A stretch of DNA of 43,779 nt from Hydrogenophaga sp. GTDB taxonomy: Bacteria; Pseudomonadota; Gammaproteobacteria; Burkholderiales; Burkholderiaceae_C. The stretch lies in assembly GCA_020047875.1 (NCBI GenBank), contig JAIFNE010000089.1:1-43779 (forward strand). The letters are read 5' to 3'. Positions 19,564-33,317 of this stretch are shown here, one piece after another (the first letter of the stretch is position 1; every line of letters begins with the position of its first letter). A program made the position numbers and the translations under genes. The notes beneath the pieces are model-generated. The model saw only the letters and a program-made list of their open reading frames with translations, was not told where the DNA came from and searched no databases.

Positions 19564-20550
19564 GTGACTCAGAGCAACAAGGGCTCGGCCGGCGCGGGTA
19601 TCACCGTGGTGCTGGCCACAGGCGGGACCATTGCGGGGCGTGCAGAGCATCCGGATGACCATGTGGGCTATGTCGCTGGACAGATTTCAGCGGCTGATCT
19701 GCTGTCGGCGGTGCCAGGATGCAGCGGTGTGCCGCTGGAGGCTGAGCAGGTGGTGCAGATGGACAGCAAGGACATGGCGCTGCCGGTTTGGCAGGCGCTC
19801 GTGCAGCGCCTGGTGCATCATCTGGCGCGTCCCGAGGTGGGCTCGGTGGTCATCACCCACGGCACCGACACGCTGGAAGAAACCGCCTTTTTGCTGCACA
19901 GCGTGTTGCAGCCAGTCAAACCGGTGGTGCTCACCTGCGCCATGCGCCCGGCCACCGCGCTGATGGCCGACGGGCCTCAAAATCTTCGCGATGCGCTGCT
20001 ACTGGCGCGGCATCCTGGGGTCGGCGGTGTATTGGTCGCGTGTGCGGGGCAGGTGTTTTGTGCGCGGTCGGTGACCAAGGTGCACACCCATCGGCTGGAC
20101 GCGTTCGACGGGGGTGAGACCGGGGCGCTCGCGGTGATTGAAAACGGCTCGGTGCGCTCGCTGCACCCGTGGCCGCACCGCCGTGCCGGCAGCTCGGAGC
20201 ACGCGCTGTTGGCGGTGGAGCAGTTCTTGGCGGCAGACGCCTTGCCGCGTGTGGCCCTGCTCACCAGCCATGCCGATGCCGACGGTGATCTGGTGGCTGC
20301 GTTGCTTGCTCATGCGGGTGAGCAACCGGTGCGGGGTATTGTGGTTGCGGGTACCGGCAATGGCTCGGTGCACCAACGGCTGGCTGCGGCGTTGCTGCAG
20401 GCGCAGGCGCAGGGCATTCGGGTGCTGCGCACCACCCGCTGCGCGCGCGGTGAGGTGTTGGAGCAGGTGGGTCACGACCTGCCGAAAATCAGCCCGTTGT
20501 CGCCGGTGAAAGCCCGGCTCGCGCTGGCCCTGGCACTGCTCGCCGGCTGA
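19564..20550 (+). CDS. Asparaginase
   Basis: ATGGTIA and HGTDT catalytic Thr motifs; AMRP; GTGNG. Confidence 0.9.
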   Translation: MTQSNKGSAGAGITVVLATGGTIAGRAEHPDDHVGYVAGQISAADLLSAVPGCSGVPLEAEQVVQMDSKDMALPVWQALVQRLVHHLARPEVGSVVITHGTDTLEETAFLLHSVLQPVKPVVLTCAMRPATALMADGPQNLRDALLLARHPGVGGVLVACAGQVFCARSVTKVHTHRLDAFDGGETGALAVIENGSVRSLHPWPHRRAGSSEHALLAVEQFLAADALPRVALLTSHADADGDLVAALLAHAGEQPVRGIVVAGTGNGSVHQRLAAALLQAQAQGIRVLRTTRCARGEVLEQVGHDLPKISPLSPVKARLALALALLAG

Positions 20551-20552
20551 GC

Positions 20553-20972
20553 ATGCTGGCCGCTCTGGGTGCCCACCCCTGGGCCTACCCCATGCTGGAG
20601 GTGCTCCACATTCTGGGCTTGGGCCTGCTTTTGGGCAATCTCACGTTGCTGGAGTTGCGCGTTTTCGGCTTGGGCGCTGCCCTGCCGGTGCAGCCCCTGG
20701 CTCGTCTCAGCCTGGGTTTGGCCTGCGTCGGATTTGGTCTGGCGGCCTTGAGCGGGTTGCTCATGTTCGGCACCCAGCCTCAGGAACTGTTGGCCAATCG
20801 GGTGTTCACAGCCAAGATGGCCTTGCTGATGCTGGCCGGCTGCAACGCGGCTTGGTTTCATGCCCGCCAGTCGCTGCAGCGGCTGGATGGTATGGCCCGG
20901 CTGTCCATGGCCATGTCGGCGGTGTTGTGGCTGCTGGTGCTGACCTGCGGCCGATGGATCGGCTATGTGTGA
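20553..20972 (+). CDS. Small multi-TM membrane protein (DUF6644-like)
   Basis: About four hydrophobic helices; EVLHILG, SGLLMF, F-x-x-KM, NAAWFH and GRWIGY motifs. Starts 2 nt after the asparaginase stop. Confidence 0.7.
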   Translation: MLAALGAHPWAYPMLEVLHILGLGLLLGNLTLLELRVFGLGAALPVQPLARLSLGLACVGFGLAALSGLLMFGTQPQELLANRVFTAKMALLMLAGCNAAWFHARQSLQRLDGMARLSMAMSAVLWLLVLTCGRWIGYV

Positions 20973-20998
20973 TCCCGAAATTGGAACAGGAGCAAACC

Positions 20999-21478
20999 AT
21001 GCAAAGACGACAGATGATGCAGGCCGGCGGTGTGCTGGCACTGGGCAGCGTGTTGCAGCCCGCCTTCGCCCACCACGGCTGGAGCAGCTTTGACCAGGAT
21101 CGACCCATTTACCTGGAGGGCCGAGCGGTGGCGGTGACCTGGCGCAACCCGCATGCCGAACTGGTACTTGAAGTGCCAGACGGGCTCCGCGTGCCAGCCG
21201 ATCTGGCGGGCCGTGAACTGCCAAAGCAAACCGCCACCGTTGACGGCGCAGCGCTGCTGGCCAAGGCGGTGGTGCCAACACGTGGCGATCGGCGCTGGAC
21301 GATTGAACTGGCACCCATGTTCCGGCTGGGGTTGTGGCGGGTGCCCGAGATCCGGGTGGGACAGACGCTGTCTGCGCTTGGCTTCACGTTTCTGGGCGAA
21401 AAGGGCGATGCGCTGCTGCGCGTGGAATACCTGTTTCTGGAGGGCAAGGCCTACGGCTTGCGCTCAAGCCCGGCCTGA
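20999..21478 (+). CDS. Exported protein (DUF6152-like) with N-terminal His-His
   Basis: AGGAG SD before ATG 20999; MQRRQMM... signal peptide ending AFA|HHGWSSFD; WRNPH motif. Confidence 0.72.
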   Translation: MQRRQMMQAGGVLALGSVLQPAFAHHGWSSFDQDRPIYLEGRAVAVTWRNPHAELVLEVPDGLRVPADLAGRELPKQTATVDGAALLAKAVVPTRGDRRWTIELAPMFRLGLWRVPEIRVGQTLSALGFTFLGEKGDALLRVEYLFLEGKAYGLRSSPA

Positions 21479-21563
21479 ACGTGGTGTCGACGAGTACGAC
21501 GCCACTTCAAGCCAACGCGACCGCCAGGAAATGGTCAGGCGTGCGCCATGAAACACGTCAACT

Positions 21564-22334
<771 letters not shown>

Positions 22335-22363
22335 TTACAGCATGCAAGATCGCCCAACGGTCA

Positions 22364-23146
22364 TCAAATTGAACCGAAGATGGCGCGTACCCGCGTCAAA
22401 TCCTCCGGTGTGTCGACGCCAGGCCCGGGCGCCTGCAAGCTGATGTGCACCGCAATGCGCTCGCCATGCCAGAGCACGCGCAGCTGCTCCAGCGACTCGG
22501 TGAGCTCCATCGGCGCGGGTTCGAGCGCTGGGAAGCGCCGCAAAAATCCCGCCCGGTAGGCGTAGATGCCAATGTGCCGAAGTGGCGCGGGCGAGGGCAG
22601 GGCAGCGGGTATGCCGGAGGCCATGCCGTCACGCCACCAGGCGATCGGGGCCCGACTGAAATAGAGGGCGGTGCGGCGTCGGTCTACCACCAGCTTCACG
22701 ACATTGGGATTGAGGAAATCGACCAGGGCGTCGATGCCGTGAGCGGCGGTGCTCATCACGCAGTCGGTTCTGGCCTGCAATTCGGCTGCCACGGCCGTGA
22801 TCAGGGCGGGTTCAATCAATGGTTCGTCGCCCTGCACGTTGACCACCACCACATCGTCGGGCAGCCCGAGCAACGCACACGCCTCGGCCAGGCGATCGCT
22901 GCCACACGGGTGGTCCGCGCGCGTGAGCACCGTCGGAATGCCATGGGCTTCGCAGGCGTTCACAATGCGGCCGTCGTCGGTGGCGACCACGCAAAGGTCC
23001 GCGCCACTCTCCCGCGCCCGCTGCGCCACGCGCACCACCATCGGGATGCCGCCGATGTCGGCCAGCGGTTTGTCGGGCAGCCGGGTGGAGGCCATCCGGG
23101 CCGGAATCAGCACGGCAAAGCCGCTGCCGGTATTTGCGGCGCTCAT
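22364..23146 (-). CDS. kdsB: 3-deoxy-manno-octulosonate cytidylyltransferase
   Basis: [37 protein letters not shown] and GVDTPEDL motifs. Confidence 0.95.
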   Translation of the reverse strand: MSAANTGSGFAVLIPARMASTRLPDKPLADIGGIPMVVRVAQRARESGADLCVVATDDGRIVNACEAHGIPTVLTRADHPCGSDRLAEACALLGLPDDVVVVNVQGDEPLIEPALITAVAAELQARTDCVMSTAAHGIDALVDFLNPNVVKLVVDRRRTALYFSRAPIAWWRDGMASGIPAALPSPAPLRHIGIYAYRAGFLRRFPALEPAPMELTESLEQLRVLWHGERIAVHISLQAPGPGVDTPEDLTRVRAIFGSI

Positions 23147-23355
23147 GCCGCTGGCGGTTGGGGTGGGGCAGGTGGGCGCTCCGCCTCTTCGTCGCTGATG
23201 GTGCGGGCCTCGTGCTCGAGCAGGATGGGGATGCCATCGCGGACCGGATAGGCCAGCCGGGCGCTGCGCGAGAGCAGCTCCTGTCGGTCGCGAAGGTAGA
23301 TCAATGGGCCCTTGGTGACCGGGCAGACCAGCAGTTCAAGCAGTTTGGTATCCAT
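23143..23355 (-). CDS. Trm112-family protein (YcaR-like)
   Basis: [14 protein letters not shown] and [13 protein letters not shown]; canonical position between lpxK and kdsB. Confidence 0.9.
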   Translation of the reverse strand: MDTKLLELLVCPVTKGPLIYLRDRQELLSRSARLAYPVRDGIPILLEHEARTISDEEAERPPAPPQPPAA

Positions 23356-23407
23356 GCGCCGATGATAGTGCGCACCCGTCTCAGGCGACAGGCAGATGCT
23401 TTGGGTG

Positions 23408-24490
23408 TCAGCGCTCGGGTGCTGCGTTCAGCGCGCCGTCCACCGCCGCAAAGAATCCCGGTTCGGGGAGAAGCTCGAGCGGCGCCACCCAGATCCGTTG
23501 CCTGGACGCCGGTGCTTCACTGCTCAAAAGGGTCGCGAGTTTGACCGCATCTTTTTCGGTGCAGACCAGCGGCCCGACCCAGCGGGCCAGCAGTTCCCGG
23601 TAGGCCGACGCCTCGGCGTGGTCGGGCAGTGGCACTTCTTGCGCCACCGTGAGGCCTCTCGCGCGCAGCATGCCGAAGAAAGCGCCGGGGCGGGCGATGC
23701 CGGCGATGGCCGTGAGCGCCTGGCCGCGCAGTGTCGCCAGCATGGCGCGCTCACCCGTCAGGTTGTGAATCTCGTTGGCCAGGCGGCGCTGGGCGCCAAA
23801 CGTCGGTATGCCGTCGGTGGCGAGTTCATTCTCTGGTGCATCCTCGCGGCGCTGCAAAAGCAGCAGGTCGGGGCGGTAAGGATTGTCGGCTGACGGCGGC
23901 CAGGGCTCACGCAGCAGGCCAGCGGGCAGGATCCAGCCATTGCCGACGCCGCGCTCGTCAAACACCGCAATCGACAGGTCGCGGGCCAAGGCCAGGTGTT
24001 GCAGGCCGTCGTCACACAGGATGATGTCCACTTCCGGGTGATGTGCGAGCAGGGCGCGCCCTGCCTCGGCGCGCTGGCGCGCCACACACACCGGCGCGCC
24101 AGTGGTCTGGTGGATCAGCAGAGGTTCGTCACCCGCCTCAGCGGGTGTGGTCGCGCTGCCCACCCGCACCAGCGCATCGCTGGTGCGGCCGTATCCCCGC
24201 GACACCACACCGGGCCGCCAGCCTTGGCGCTGCAGATGTTGCACCAGGACGATTACGGTGGGTGTTTTGCCCGCGCCACCAGCGACCACATTGCCGACCA
24301 CGATCACCGGCACCGGCAGCCGTTCGCTGCTTAGCCAACTTTGAGCGTAAGCGAGACGGCGCGCGGCGTTGAGTGCGGTCACCAGCTGGGCCACCGGCCA
24401 GAGCAGCCGGGCAGGCCAGCCTCTGGTTTGCGCCCAGCCTTGCCAGCGGGCTTCACGCCGGGCTTGAGCGGCCTGAAAAGAACGGCTCAT
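23408..24490 (-). CDS. lpxK: Tetraacyldisaccharide 4'-kinase
   Basis: [34 protein letters not shown] and TEKDAVK motifs. Confidence 0.95.
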   Translation of the reverse strand: MSRSFQAAQARREARWQGWAQTRGWPARLLWPVAQLVTALNAARRLAYAQSWLSSERLPVPVIVVGNVVAGGAGKTPTVIVLVQHLQRQGWRPGVVSRGYGRTSDALVRVGSATTPAEAGDEPLLIHQTTGAPVCVARQRAEAGRALLAHHPEVDIILCDDGLQHLALARDLSIAVFDERGVGNGWILPAGLLREPWPPSADNPYRPDLLLLQRREDAPENELATDGIPTFGAQRRLANEIHNLTGERAMLATLRGQALTAIAGIARPGAFFGMLRARGLTVAQEVPLPDHAEASAYRELLARWVGPLVCTEKDAVKLATLLSSEAPASRQRIWVAPLELLPEPGFFAAVDGALNAAPER

Positions 24491-24532
24491 GGCGACAACC
24501 GCCCCACGATCGGCCGCGGCCGCACTGCAGCC

Positions 24533-24961
24533 TCAGGGCCGGCGGCTGCCACTGGGCTGCTGCGCGGCGAAGGTGATTTGCACCAGACTGGCGCGGCGCG
24601 CAGCGTCCATCACGTTGATGACCGACTGGTGGGTGGCGGTGGCATCGGCGCTGATGATCACCACCATCTCTCGGTTGCCCTGCGCCGCATCCGCCATCGC
24701 GCGGGTGAGCTGTTCAACGCTCGCGCCGTCAAGCACCGTCTGGTTGATCGCGTAGCGGCCATCGCTGCCAACCGCCACGATCATCTCCTTCGGGTTTTGG
24801 CGCTGCGCCTCGGCATCGGCCACCGGCAGGTTCACCTTGAGCTCGGTGAACTTGCTGTAGGTGGTGGTGAGCACCAGAAAGATGAGCACCACCAGCAAGA
24901 TGTCGATGAACGGGATCAGATTGATCTCGGGTTCGTCGCGGGTTCCGGAGCGGAAATTCAT
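24533..24961 (-). CDS. ExbD/TolR family protein
   Basis: EINLIPFIDILLVVLIF TM segment with conserved Asp; ISADATATHQSVINVMD. Confidence 0.9.
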   Translation of the reverse strand: MNFRSGTRDEPEINLIPFIDILLVVLIFLVLTTTYSKFTELKVNLPVADAEAQRQNPKEMIVAVGSDGRYAINQTVLDGASVEQLTRAMADAAQGNREMVVIISADATATHQSVINVMDAARRASLVQITFAAQQPSGSRRP

Positions 24962-24987
24962 GGATGTCCTCAGGCCGCGCAAATGCC

Positions 24988-25629
24988 TTACTTGCGCAGG
25001 TTCATCAGGTGACGGGCAAAGCGGTCGGCAGCCAGTTCCATGGTGAGCAGATACCCGTCAACCAAGGCCCGAAAATAGCGCCAGAAGATAAGCGCCGGGA
25101 TGGCAACGATCAGCCCGAAAGCCGTGTTGTAAAGCGCAATCGAGATGCCGTGGGCGAGCTGTTCCGGGTTGCCCCCGCCACTGGCTCCGCCCATGCCACC
25201 GGCGCCGCTCTGTGAGCCAAAAATCTCGATCATGCCAATCACCGTGCCCAGCAAGCCGATCAGTGGCGCGGCCGACGCAATCGTAGCCAGCGCGCCAAGG
25301 TAACGCTGCAGGGTCGCGGCCGCCTGGCGCCCTGCGCCCTCCAGCGCAGCGCGCAGGTCTTGCTCGGTGGCTCGCGGGTTGCTGTTGAGGGCACGAAATC
25401 CGCTGGCCAGTACCGCACCCAGGGCAGAGTTTTGCTCCAGCTGGGTCACCACGTCTGGCCCGGGTACGCCGTTGCGGGAGACCATGATGGCCTCGTCGAG
25501 CAGCTTGGGCGGCACGATCTTGGCCGATTTGAGGCTGATGAAGCGCTCAATCACCAGGGCCAGGCCCACCACAGAGCATGCAATCAGGGGCCAGATCGGC
25601 CAGCCGGCCGCTTGTATGATGGAAAACAA
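24988..25629 (-). CDS. MotA/TolQ/ExbB proton channel family protein
   Basis: APLIGLLGTVIGMI and GISIALYNTAFGLIVAIPA motifs; TTG start after a GGAG SD. Confidence 0.9.
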   Translation of the reverse strand: MFSIIQAAGWPIWPLIACSVVGLALVIERFISLKSAKIVPPKLLDEAIMVSRNGVPGPDVVTQLEQNSALGAVLASGFRALNSNPRATEQDLRAALEGAGRQAAATLQRYLGALATIASAAPLIGLLGTVIGMIEIFGSQSGAGGMGGASGGGNPEQLAHGISIALYNTAFGLIVAIPALIFWRYFRALVDGYLLTMELAADRFARHLMNLRK

Positions 25630-25740
25630 ATCGGAGCTCCAAGCAAAAACGGGCAGTTGGGCGACTGAGAATTATGGCGCAGCGCGCCGCGCCTGCATGG
25701 TCCGATCCGCTGGCTCCTGCGAACGCAGGTGCGCCTAGGG

Positions 25741-25775
25741 CTGTGCACAGCAGCTGTGGACAACTTTGTTGAAAA
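25741..25775. promoter_or_regulatory. Degenerate cluster of DnaA-box-like nonamers
   Basis: CTGTGCACAG-CAG-CTGTGGACAA-CTT-TGTTGAAAA; TGTGGACAA is 1 mismatch from TGTGGATAA, TGTTGAAAA is 2. Confidence 0.4.
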
Positions 25776-25957
25776 GCACGCCTTACCTCGCCGTCACCCA
25801 GCAGCCATGCGGCGTTTCAACAAATCGATCACAAAACAGGCAACACAAATGTTTAGGAATTCACCCGCTCGGCCGGCCGCGAGCGCGATGGTGTCGGGCG
25901 GTCCATTGCCAGCCAGTGCCGGTGCGCTCTGCGAACACTTTGGGTTCGGGTGGGTCC

Positions 25958-27250
25958 ATGGCTGAGGGATTTCCCGATCCTGAGTACATCGGTGGCGCTC
26001 GGGTGTGGGCCGTTGGCCTGCTCATGCGCGCGGTGGCCGACACCTTGGCCGCGCGGTTCAACCCGGTCACGGTGCGCGGCGAGCTGTCGGGTTTTTCGCG
26101 GGCGACCAGTGGGCACTGCTACTTTTCGCTGAAGGACGACAGCGGCCAGGTGCGCTGCGCCCTGTTTCGCCGCTCCGCCGATCAGCTCAGCTTCGCCCCG
26201 CGGGACGGCCAGCTGGTGGAAGCGGTGGGCAGGCTCGACGTGTACGGCCCGCGTGGCGACCTGCAACTGATCGTGGAGCGACTCAAGCCGGCCGGGCAGG
26301 GGGCGCTGTTTGAGCAGTTCCTGCGCCTGAAGGCACAGCTGGAAGCCGAGGGTCTTTTTGCTGCTGAGCGCAAGCGCGCATTGCCGGCGCAGCCACGCGG
26401 CATCGCGGTGGTGACATCGCTGGGTGCCGCCGCCTTGCGGGATGTGGCCACCACACTGCGCCGTCGTGTGCCGCATTTGCCGGTGCGGATTTACCCCGCG
26501 TCCGTGCAGGGCGCGCAGGCGCCTGGTGAAATTTGTGCGGCTCTGCAGCGCGCTTACGACGATTTCCACGCTGGCGGCCCGTTTGACGTGGTGCTGTTGG
26601 TGCGGGGCGGTGGCTCCCTGGAGGACCTCTGGTCGTTCAACGACGCCGCGGTGGTGCGGCAGGTGGCGCAATCGCCGATGCCCCTGGTGTGCGGCGTGGG
26701 CCACGAGACCGACTTTTCCCTGGCCGATTTCGCCGCCGATCTGCGCGCGCCCACGCCCACCGCCGCCGCCGAGCTGTGCGCGCCAGCGCGTGAGCAGCGC
26801 CTGGGCGAGCTCGCACAGCTGGGCGAGCGGCTCAGCGATGCGGTTCACATCACCCTGGATCAGGGGGCGCAGCGCCTCGACCGCATCGCGCAACGCCTGG
26901 GCCGCCCGTCCACCCGGTTGCACGACAGCCGCCACGATCTGGCGCGCCTGCAGCACCGTCTGCAAACCGGTCTGCTACTCGCGGCCCAGCAGCAGCGCAG
27001 CCGGCTTCAGGCGTTGAACGCTGCGCTGCCGCCCGCCCTCCGGCGCGCCTTGCGCCAGCAGCAAGATCGCTGGCAGCGCCAAGCCAGTGCGCTGGCCTTG
27101 CTCGATCCTCATCTGGTGCTTGAGCGCGGCTACGCCTATCTCAGCGATGAAACGGGGCGCGCCATCAGCCACACCAGGCAAGCCACGCCGGGGCGGGCGG
27201 TACGCGCCACCCTGAGCGATGGTCAGATCCGCCTCACGGTGGACCGCTGA
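25958..27250 (+). CDS. xseA: Exodeoxyribonuclease VII large subunit
   Basis: GELSGF, SGHCYFSLKD, RGGGSLEDLWSFN, GVGHETD, APTPTAAAE and LERGYA motifs. Confidence 0.95.
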   Translation: MAEGFPDPEYIGGARVWAVGLLMRAVADTLAARFNPVTVRGELSGFSRATSGHCYFSLKDDSGQVRCALFRRSADQLSFAPRDGQLVEAVGRLDVYGPRGDLQLIVERLKPAGQGALFEQFLRLKAQLEAEGLFAAERKRALPAQPRGIAVVTSLGAAALRDVATTLRRRVPHLPVRIYPASVQGAQAPGEICAALQRAYDDFHAGGPFDVVLLVRGGGSLEDLWSFNDAAVVRQVAQSPMPLVCGVGHETDFSLADFAADLRAPTPTAAAELCAPAREQRLGELAQLGERLSDAVHITLDQGAQRLDRIAQRLGRPSTRLHDSRHDLARLQHRLQTGLLLAAQQQRSRLQALNAALPPALRRALRQQQDRWQRQASALALLDPHLVLERGYAYLSDETGRAISHTRQATPGRAVRATLSDGQIRLTVDR

Positions 27251-27367
27251 GGCAAAACCCCTGGCGCAGCCGCGCGAATGGCCTCACTGCCTACAATTGC
27301 CTGAGCGCTAGCCGCGTACCCGCGGTTTCGCCCGCCTCACCACCCCGACACCAAAAAGGACATATTC

Positions 27368-27949
27368 ATGGAACACACTCTGCCCGCCTTGCCTTACGCC
27401 ATCGATGCGCTGGCGCCCAGCTACTCCCAGGAAACCCTGGAGTTCCACCACGGCAAGCACCACAACGCCTACGTCGTCAACCTCAACAACCTGCAAAAGG
27501 GAACCGAGTTTGAAAACATGGACCTGGAGTCCATCGTCAAGAAGTCCAGCGGCGGCATCTACAACAACGCAGCCCAGATCTGGAATCACACGTTCTTCTG
27601 GAGCTGCATGAAGCCCAACGGCGGCGGCGAGCCATCGGGCGCACTGGCTGCGGCCATCAACGCCAAGTGGGGCAGCTACGCGGCCTTTAAGGAAGCGTTC
27701 GTGAAAAGCGCCGTGGGCAACTTCGGCTCTGGCTGGACCTGGCTGGTGAAGAAGGCCGACGGTTCGGTGGACATCGTCAACATGGGCGCAGCCGGCACCC
27801 CCCTGACCACCGCCGACAAAGCCCTTCTGACGGTGGACGTGTGGGAACACGCCTACTACATCGACTACCGCAACGCCCGCCCCAAGTTCGTCGAGACCTT
27901 CCTGGACAAGCTGGTGAACTGGTCGTTTGCCGAGTCCAATTTCGGCTGA
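27368..27949 (+). CDS. sodB: Superoxide dismutase [Fe]
   Basis: [24 protein letters not shown] and DVWEHAYY motifs. Confidence 0.95.
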   Translation: MEHTLPALPYAIDALAPSYSQETLEFHHGKHHNAYVVNLNNLQKGTEFENMDLESIVKKSSGGIYNNAAQIWNHTFFWSCMKPNGGGEPSGALAAAINAKWGSYAAFKEAFVKSAVGNFGSGWTWLVKKADGSVDIVNMGAAGTPLTTADKALLTVDVWEHAYYIDYRNARPKFVETFLDKLVNWSFAESNFG

Positions 27950-27974
27950 TCCCGCACGCGCGCGTCCGCGCCAG

Positions 27975-28002
27975 GCCCGAGGACTTGTCTTCGGGCTTTT
28001 TT
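27975..28002 (+). terminator. Intrinsic terminator after sodB
   Basis: GCCCGAGGAC-TT-GTCTTCGGGC-TTTTTT. Confidence 0.8.
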
Positions 28003-28219
28003 GTGGGCGGTGCGCGCCGCCGCGGGTGCTCGTTTCTGCCAGTGCTGGGCATGGAGAGCCTTTCAGCCTGCGTGGCCTCCTTCGTCTTTTTCGCATCGTA
28101 AGATATCGATTCAAAAAAGCGGGCAGCAGGTCAGTGCCTTGCAAGCAAGACCCGCGACCATGGCCAACGGCTTCGAAAGCCCCGGGCGCGATCCTTTCAC
28201 CGAATCTCGGAAAAACCCT

Positions 28220-30457
<2,238 letters not shown>

Positions 30458-30478
30458 CCGGCCAAGGCTTCTGCTGAC

Positions 30479-30507
30479 AAGGCGGTGCAGCAATGCACCG
30501 CCTTTTT
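30479..30507 (+). terminator. Intrinsic terminator after the monomeric IDH gene
   Basis: AAGGCGGTGCA-GCAA-TGCACCGCCTT-TTT. Confidence 0.8.
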
Positions 30508-30999
30508 CTATCTGCGCGGCTGGAATCCGCCCAGGCGGCTACCTGGCTTCACGCCGCGCTTGGCAAACCAGCCCTGGTTCATTTCCAGCACGAAGCGCAC
30601 CGGTTCGGCAGAGCAGTGCGAATCGGTGGTCTTCGGCTGCATGTCCGCCAGGTTCACCACCCGGCCGTCGTCGGCCAAGAAGGCCGCGGTCAGCGGCAGC
30701 AAGGTGTCTTTCATCCAGAAACACTGTGTGCCAGGCTGCTCGAACACGAACAGCATGCCTTCGTTGACGGGCATTTGCTGGCGATGCATCAGCCCGATCT
30801 GACGTTGCGGTGGCGTCTGCGCCACCTGAGCGTCGATCAGGTGCATGCCCGCGGAGAGCTGGATGCGCGGCAGATCCATCTGCGGCTGTCCTTGCGCCAG
30901 CGCCGGGCCGGCAACGACCAGCAACAGCACCGCCAAGCGCTCGGCAAGGTGTCGTTTGAGGCCTGGCTTGCGGGAGGAGGGGGTGAGCACGAATGACAT
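30508..30999 (-). CDS. DUF192-family exported protein (start uncertain)
   Basis: GLMHR, GMLFVF, FWMKDT and VLEMNQG motifs; signal-peptide-like N-terminus. Confidence 0.85.
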   Translation of the reverse strand: MSFVLTPSSRKPGLKRHLAERLAVLLLVVAGPALAQGQPQMDLPRIQLSAGMHLIDAQVAQTPPQRQIGLMHRQQMPVNEGMLFVFEQPGTQCFWMKDTLLPLTAAFLADDGRVVNLADMQPKTTDSHCSAEPVRFVLEMNQGWFAKRGVKPGSRLGGFQPRR

Positions 31000-31109
31000 C
31001 AATGGAGCCGCCGAAGTCAAGGACTAGAATGATTTTGTTGCGCCGCGGGCCCAAAAATTCCCGTCGGAAAACACACCATCCATCGTATCGAAATCGGAGA
31101 CAGGCTTCC

Positions 31110-32363
31110 ATGTATCAACACATTCGAGTGCCCGAGCAAGGCCAGAAAATTACCGTCAATGCCGACATGTCGCTCACCGTGCCGGACGAGCCCATCGTGC
31201 CCTTCATCGAAGGCGATGGCACCGGCCTGGACATCACGCCGGTGATGCTCAAGGTGGTCGATGCCGCGGTGGCCAAGGCCTACGGTGGCAAGCGGAAGAT
31301 TCACTGGATGGAGGTGTACGCCGGTGAAAAGTCGACCCAGGTTTATGGTCCGGACGTCTGGTTGCCCGAGGAAACTCTGGCAGCGCTGCGCGAGTACGTG
31401 GTGTCCATCAAGGGGCCGCTGACCACGCCGGTGGGTGGCGGTATTCGCTCGCTCAACGTGGCGCTGCGCCAGGAGCTCGACCTGTACGTGTGCCTGCGCC
31501 CGGTGCAGTATTTCAAGGGCGTTCCCTCGCCCGTGAAGGAGCCGCAGAAGGTCAACATGGTCATCTTCCGGGAGAACTCGGAAGACATCTACGCTGGCAT
31601 CGAATACGAGGCCGAGTCCGACAAGGCGAAGAAGCTCATCAAGTTTCTGCAAGACGAGTTGGGTGTCACCAAAATTCGATTCCCCAACACCTCAGGCATC
31701 GGCATCAAGCCGGTCAGCCGCGAGGGCACCGAGCGCCTGGTGCGCAAGGCCCTCCAGTACGCGATTGACAACGACAAGCCCAGCGTGACCATCGTGCACA
31801 AGGGCAACATCATGAAGTACACCGAAGGTGGCTTTCGCGACTGGGCCTACGCGCTGGCGCAAAACGAGTTTGGCGCCGAGTTGGTCGATGGCGGTCCATG
31901 GTGCAGGTTCAAGAACCCCAAGACCGGCAAAGACATCACCGTCAAGGACAGCATCGCCGACGCCTTCCTGCAGCAGATCCTGCTGCGGCCCGCCGAGTAT
32001 TCCGTGATCGCCACCCTCAACCTCAACGGCGACTACATTTCCGACGCCTTGGCCGCGCAGGTCGGCGGCATTGGGATTGCGCCCGGAGCCAACCTGTCGG
32101 ATTCGGTCGCCTGCTTCGAAGCCACCCATGGCACCGCGCCCAAGTACGCCGGAAAAGACTATGTGAACCCGGGCTCAGAAATTCTCTCGGCTGAGATGAT
32201 GCTGCGCCACATGGGCTGGACCGAGGCGGCTGATCTCATCATCAGCTCGATGGAGAAGTCGATCGCCAGCAAACAGGTGACCTACGATTTTGCGCGCCTC
32301 ATGGACGGCGCCACCCAGGTCAGCTGTTCGGGTTTTGGCCAAGTGATGATCGAGCACATGTGA
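31110..32363 (+). CDS. icd: Dimeric NADP-dependent isocitrate dehydrogenase
   Basis: [45 protein letters not shown] and [10 protein letters not shown] motifs. GGAG SD before ATG 31110. Confidence 0.96.
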   Translation: MYQHIRVPEQGQKITVNADMSLTVPDEPIVPFIEGDGTGLDITPVMLKVVDAAVAKAYGGKRKIHWMEVYAGEKSTQVYGPDVWLPEETLAALREYVVSIKGPLTTPVGGGIRSLNVALRQELDLYVCLRPVQYFKGVPSPVKEPQKVNMVIFRENSEDIYAGIEYEAESDKAKKLIKFLQDELGVTKIRFPNTSGIGIKPVSREGTERLVRKALQYAIDNDKPSVTIVHKGNIMKYTEGGFRDWAYALAQNEFGAELVDGGPWCRFKNPKTGKDITVKDSIADAFLQQILLRPAEYSVIATLNLNGDYISDALAAQVGGIGIAPGANLSDSVACFEATHGTAPKYAGKDYVNPGSEILSAEMMLRHMGWTEAADLIISSMEKSIASKQVTYDFARLMDGATQVSCSGFGQVMIEHM

Positions 32364-32429
32364 GTTGGTTACCTGCCGGCTGCCGACAACCAAGCAGTCC
32401 CCGGGGTCACTGACCTCGCGGGTGGTTAC

Positions 32430-33254
32430 TCAGTTTGCGACCGCGAGGATGATGTCGGAAGCCTTGACCAGCACGGTGACCGGCGCACCTGGCGCTAGGC
32501 CGATCTCGACGACGCTGCTTTGCTCGACGATCGCCACCACCAGCAGGCCATCGACGGTTTCAACCGAGACCTCAGCATTCACCGCGCCAGGCTTGACCGC
32601 ACGCACATGGCCCTGAAGCCGGTTGCGTGCCGAGAGTCTGGCATTTCCCAGGTCGGTGGCCAGCATCACTGCCGACGACTTCACCAGTGCGATCACCGTC
32701 TGTTGCAGCTGCAGTGCCAGTGCCTCGGTGCTTTCTCGGGTCACAATGACTGAGAGCCGCGCGCCACCAGGCAGGCTCAGTTCAACCTCATCGTTGACCG
32801 CGCCGCCGCGAATGGCGCTCACCGTACCAACCCACTGGTTGCGTGCACTGGTCTTCATGTTCAACACTTTTAAAAAAGAAAAATCCTGCGTCAGGTCCAT
32901 TGTTTCCCGGTCCAGCAAGCGCAGGAATCGTTGGTGCACCGCATCGATCTGTTCGTAGCGCTGAACCAGGCGCAGACCCTGATCGGTGAGCTGGGTAGAG
33001 CCGCCACCGCGCCCCCCGGTCACGCGCTCCACCAGTGGCATACCGGAGAGCTCGTTCATTGTGTTGATGGCGGTCCAGGCTGCCTTGTAGCTCATGCCAA
33101 ACGCCTTGGCGGCCTGGGTAATTGAGCCGTGCTCGGCCACGGCGCGCAAGAGCGCGATGCGCCCGTGCCCACCCACGCTGGCATTGCCAGCAGTCAGCCA
33201 CAGTGAGCCCTTCAGCGCGAGTGGTGAGAGCGATTTGCGGCGGCGGGTGGTCAT
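32430..33254 (-). CDS. modE: Molybdate-responsive regulator ModE (wHTH + two TOBE domains)
   Basis: GSITQAAKAFGMSYKAAW, GGRGGG and two SARN molybdate-binding repeats. Confidence 0.88.
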   Translation of the reverse strand: MTTRRRKSLSPLALKGSLWLTAGNASVGGHGRIALLRAVAEHGSITQAAKAFGMSYKAAWTAINTMNELSGMPLVERVTGGRGGGSTQLTDQGLRLVQRYEQIDAVHQRFLRLLDRETMDLTQDFSFLKVLNMKTSARNQWVGTVSAIRGGAVNDEVELSLPGGARLSVIVTRESTEALALQLQQTVIALVKSSAVMLATDLGNARLSARNRLQGHVRAVKPGAVNAEVSVETVDGLLVVAIVEQSSVVEIGLAPGAPVTVLVKASDIILAVAN

Positions 33255-33317
33255 GCGCGTTGGTCTTTCTGGCTGGTGATCGTGCAAAAGGGCCGGCGGC
33301 TTGATCTGGCCGCGCCG

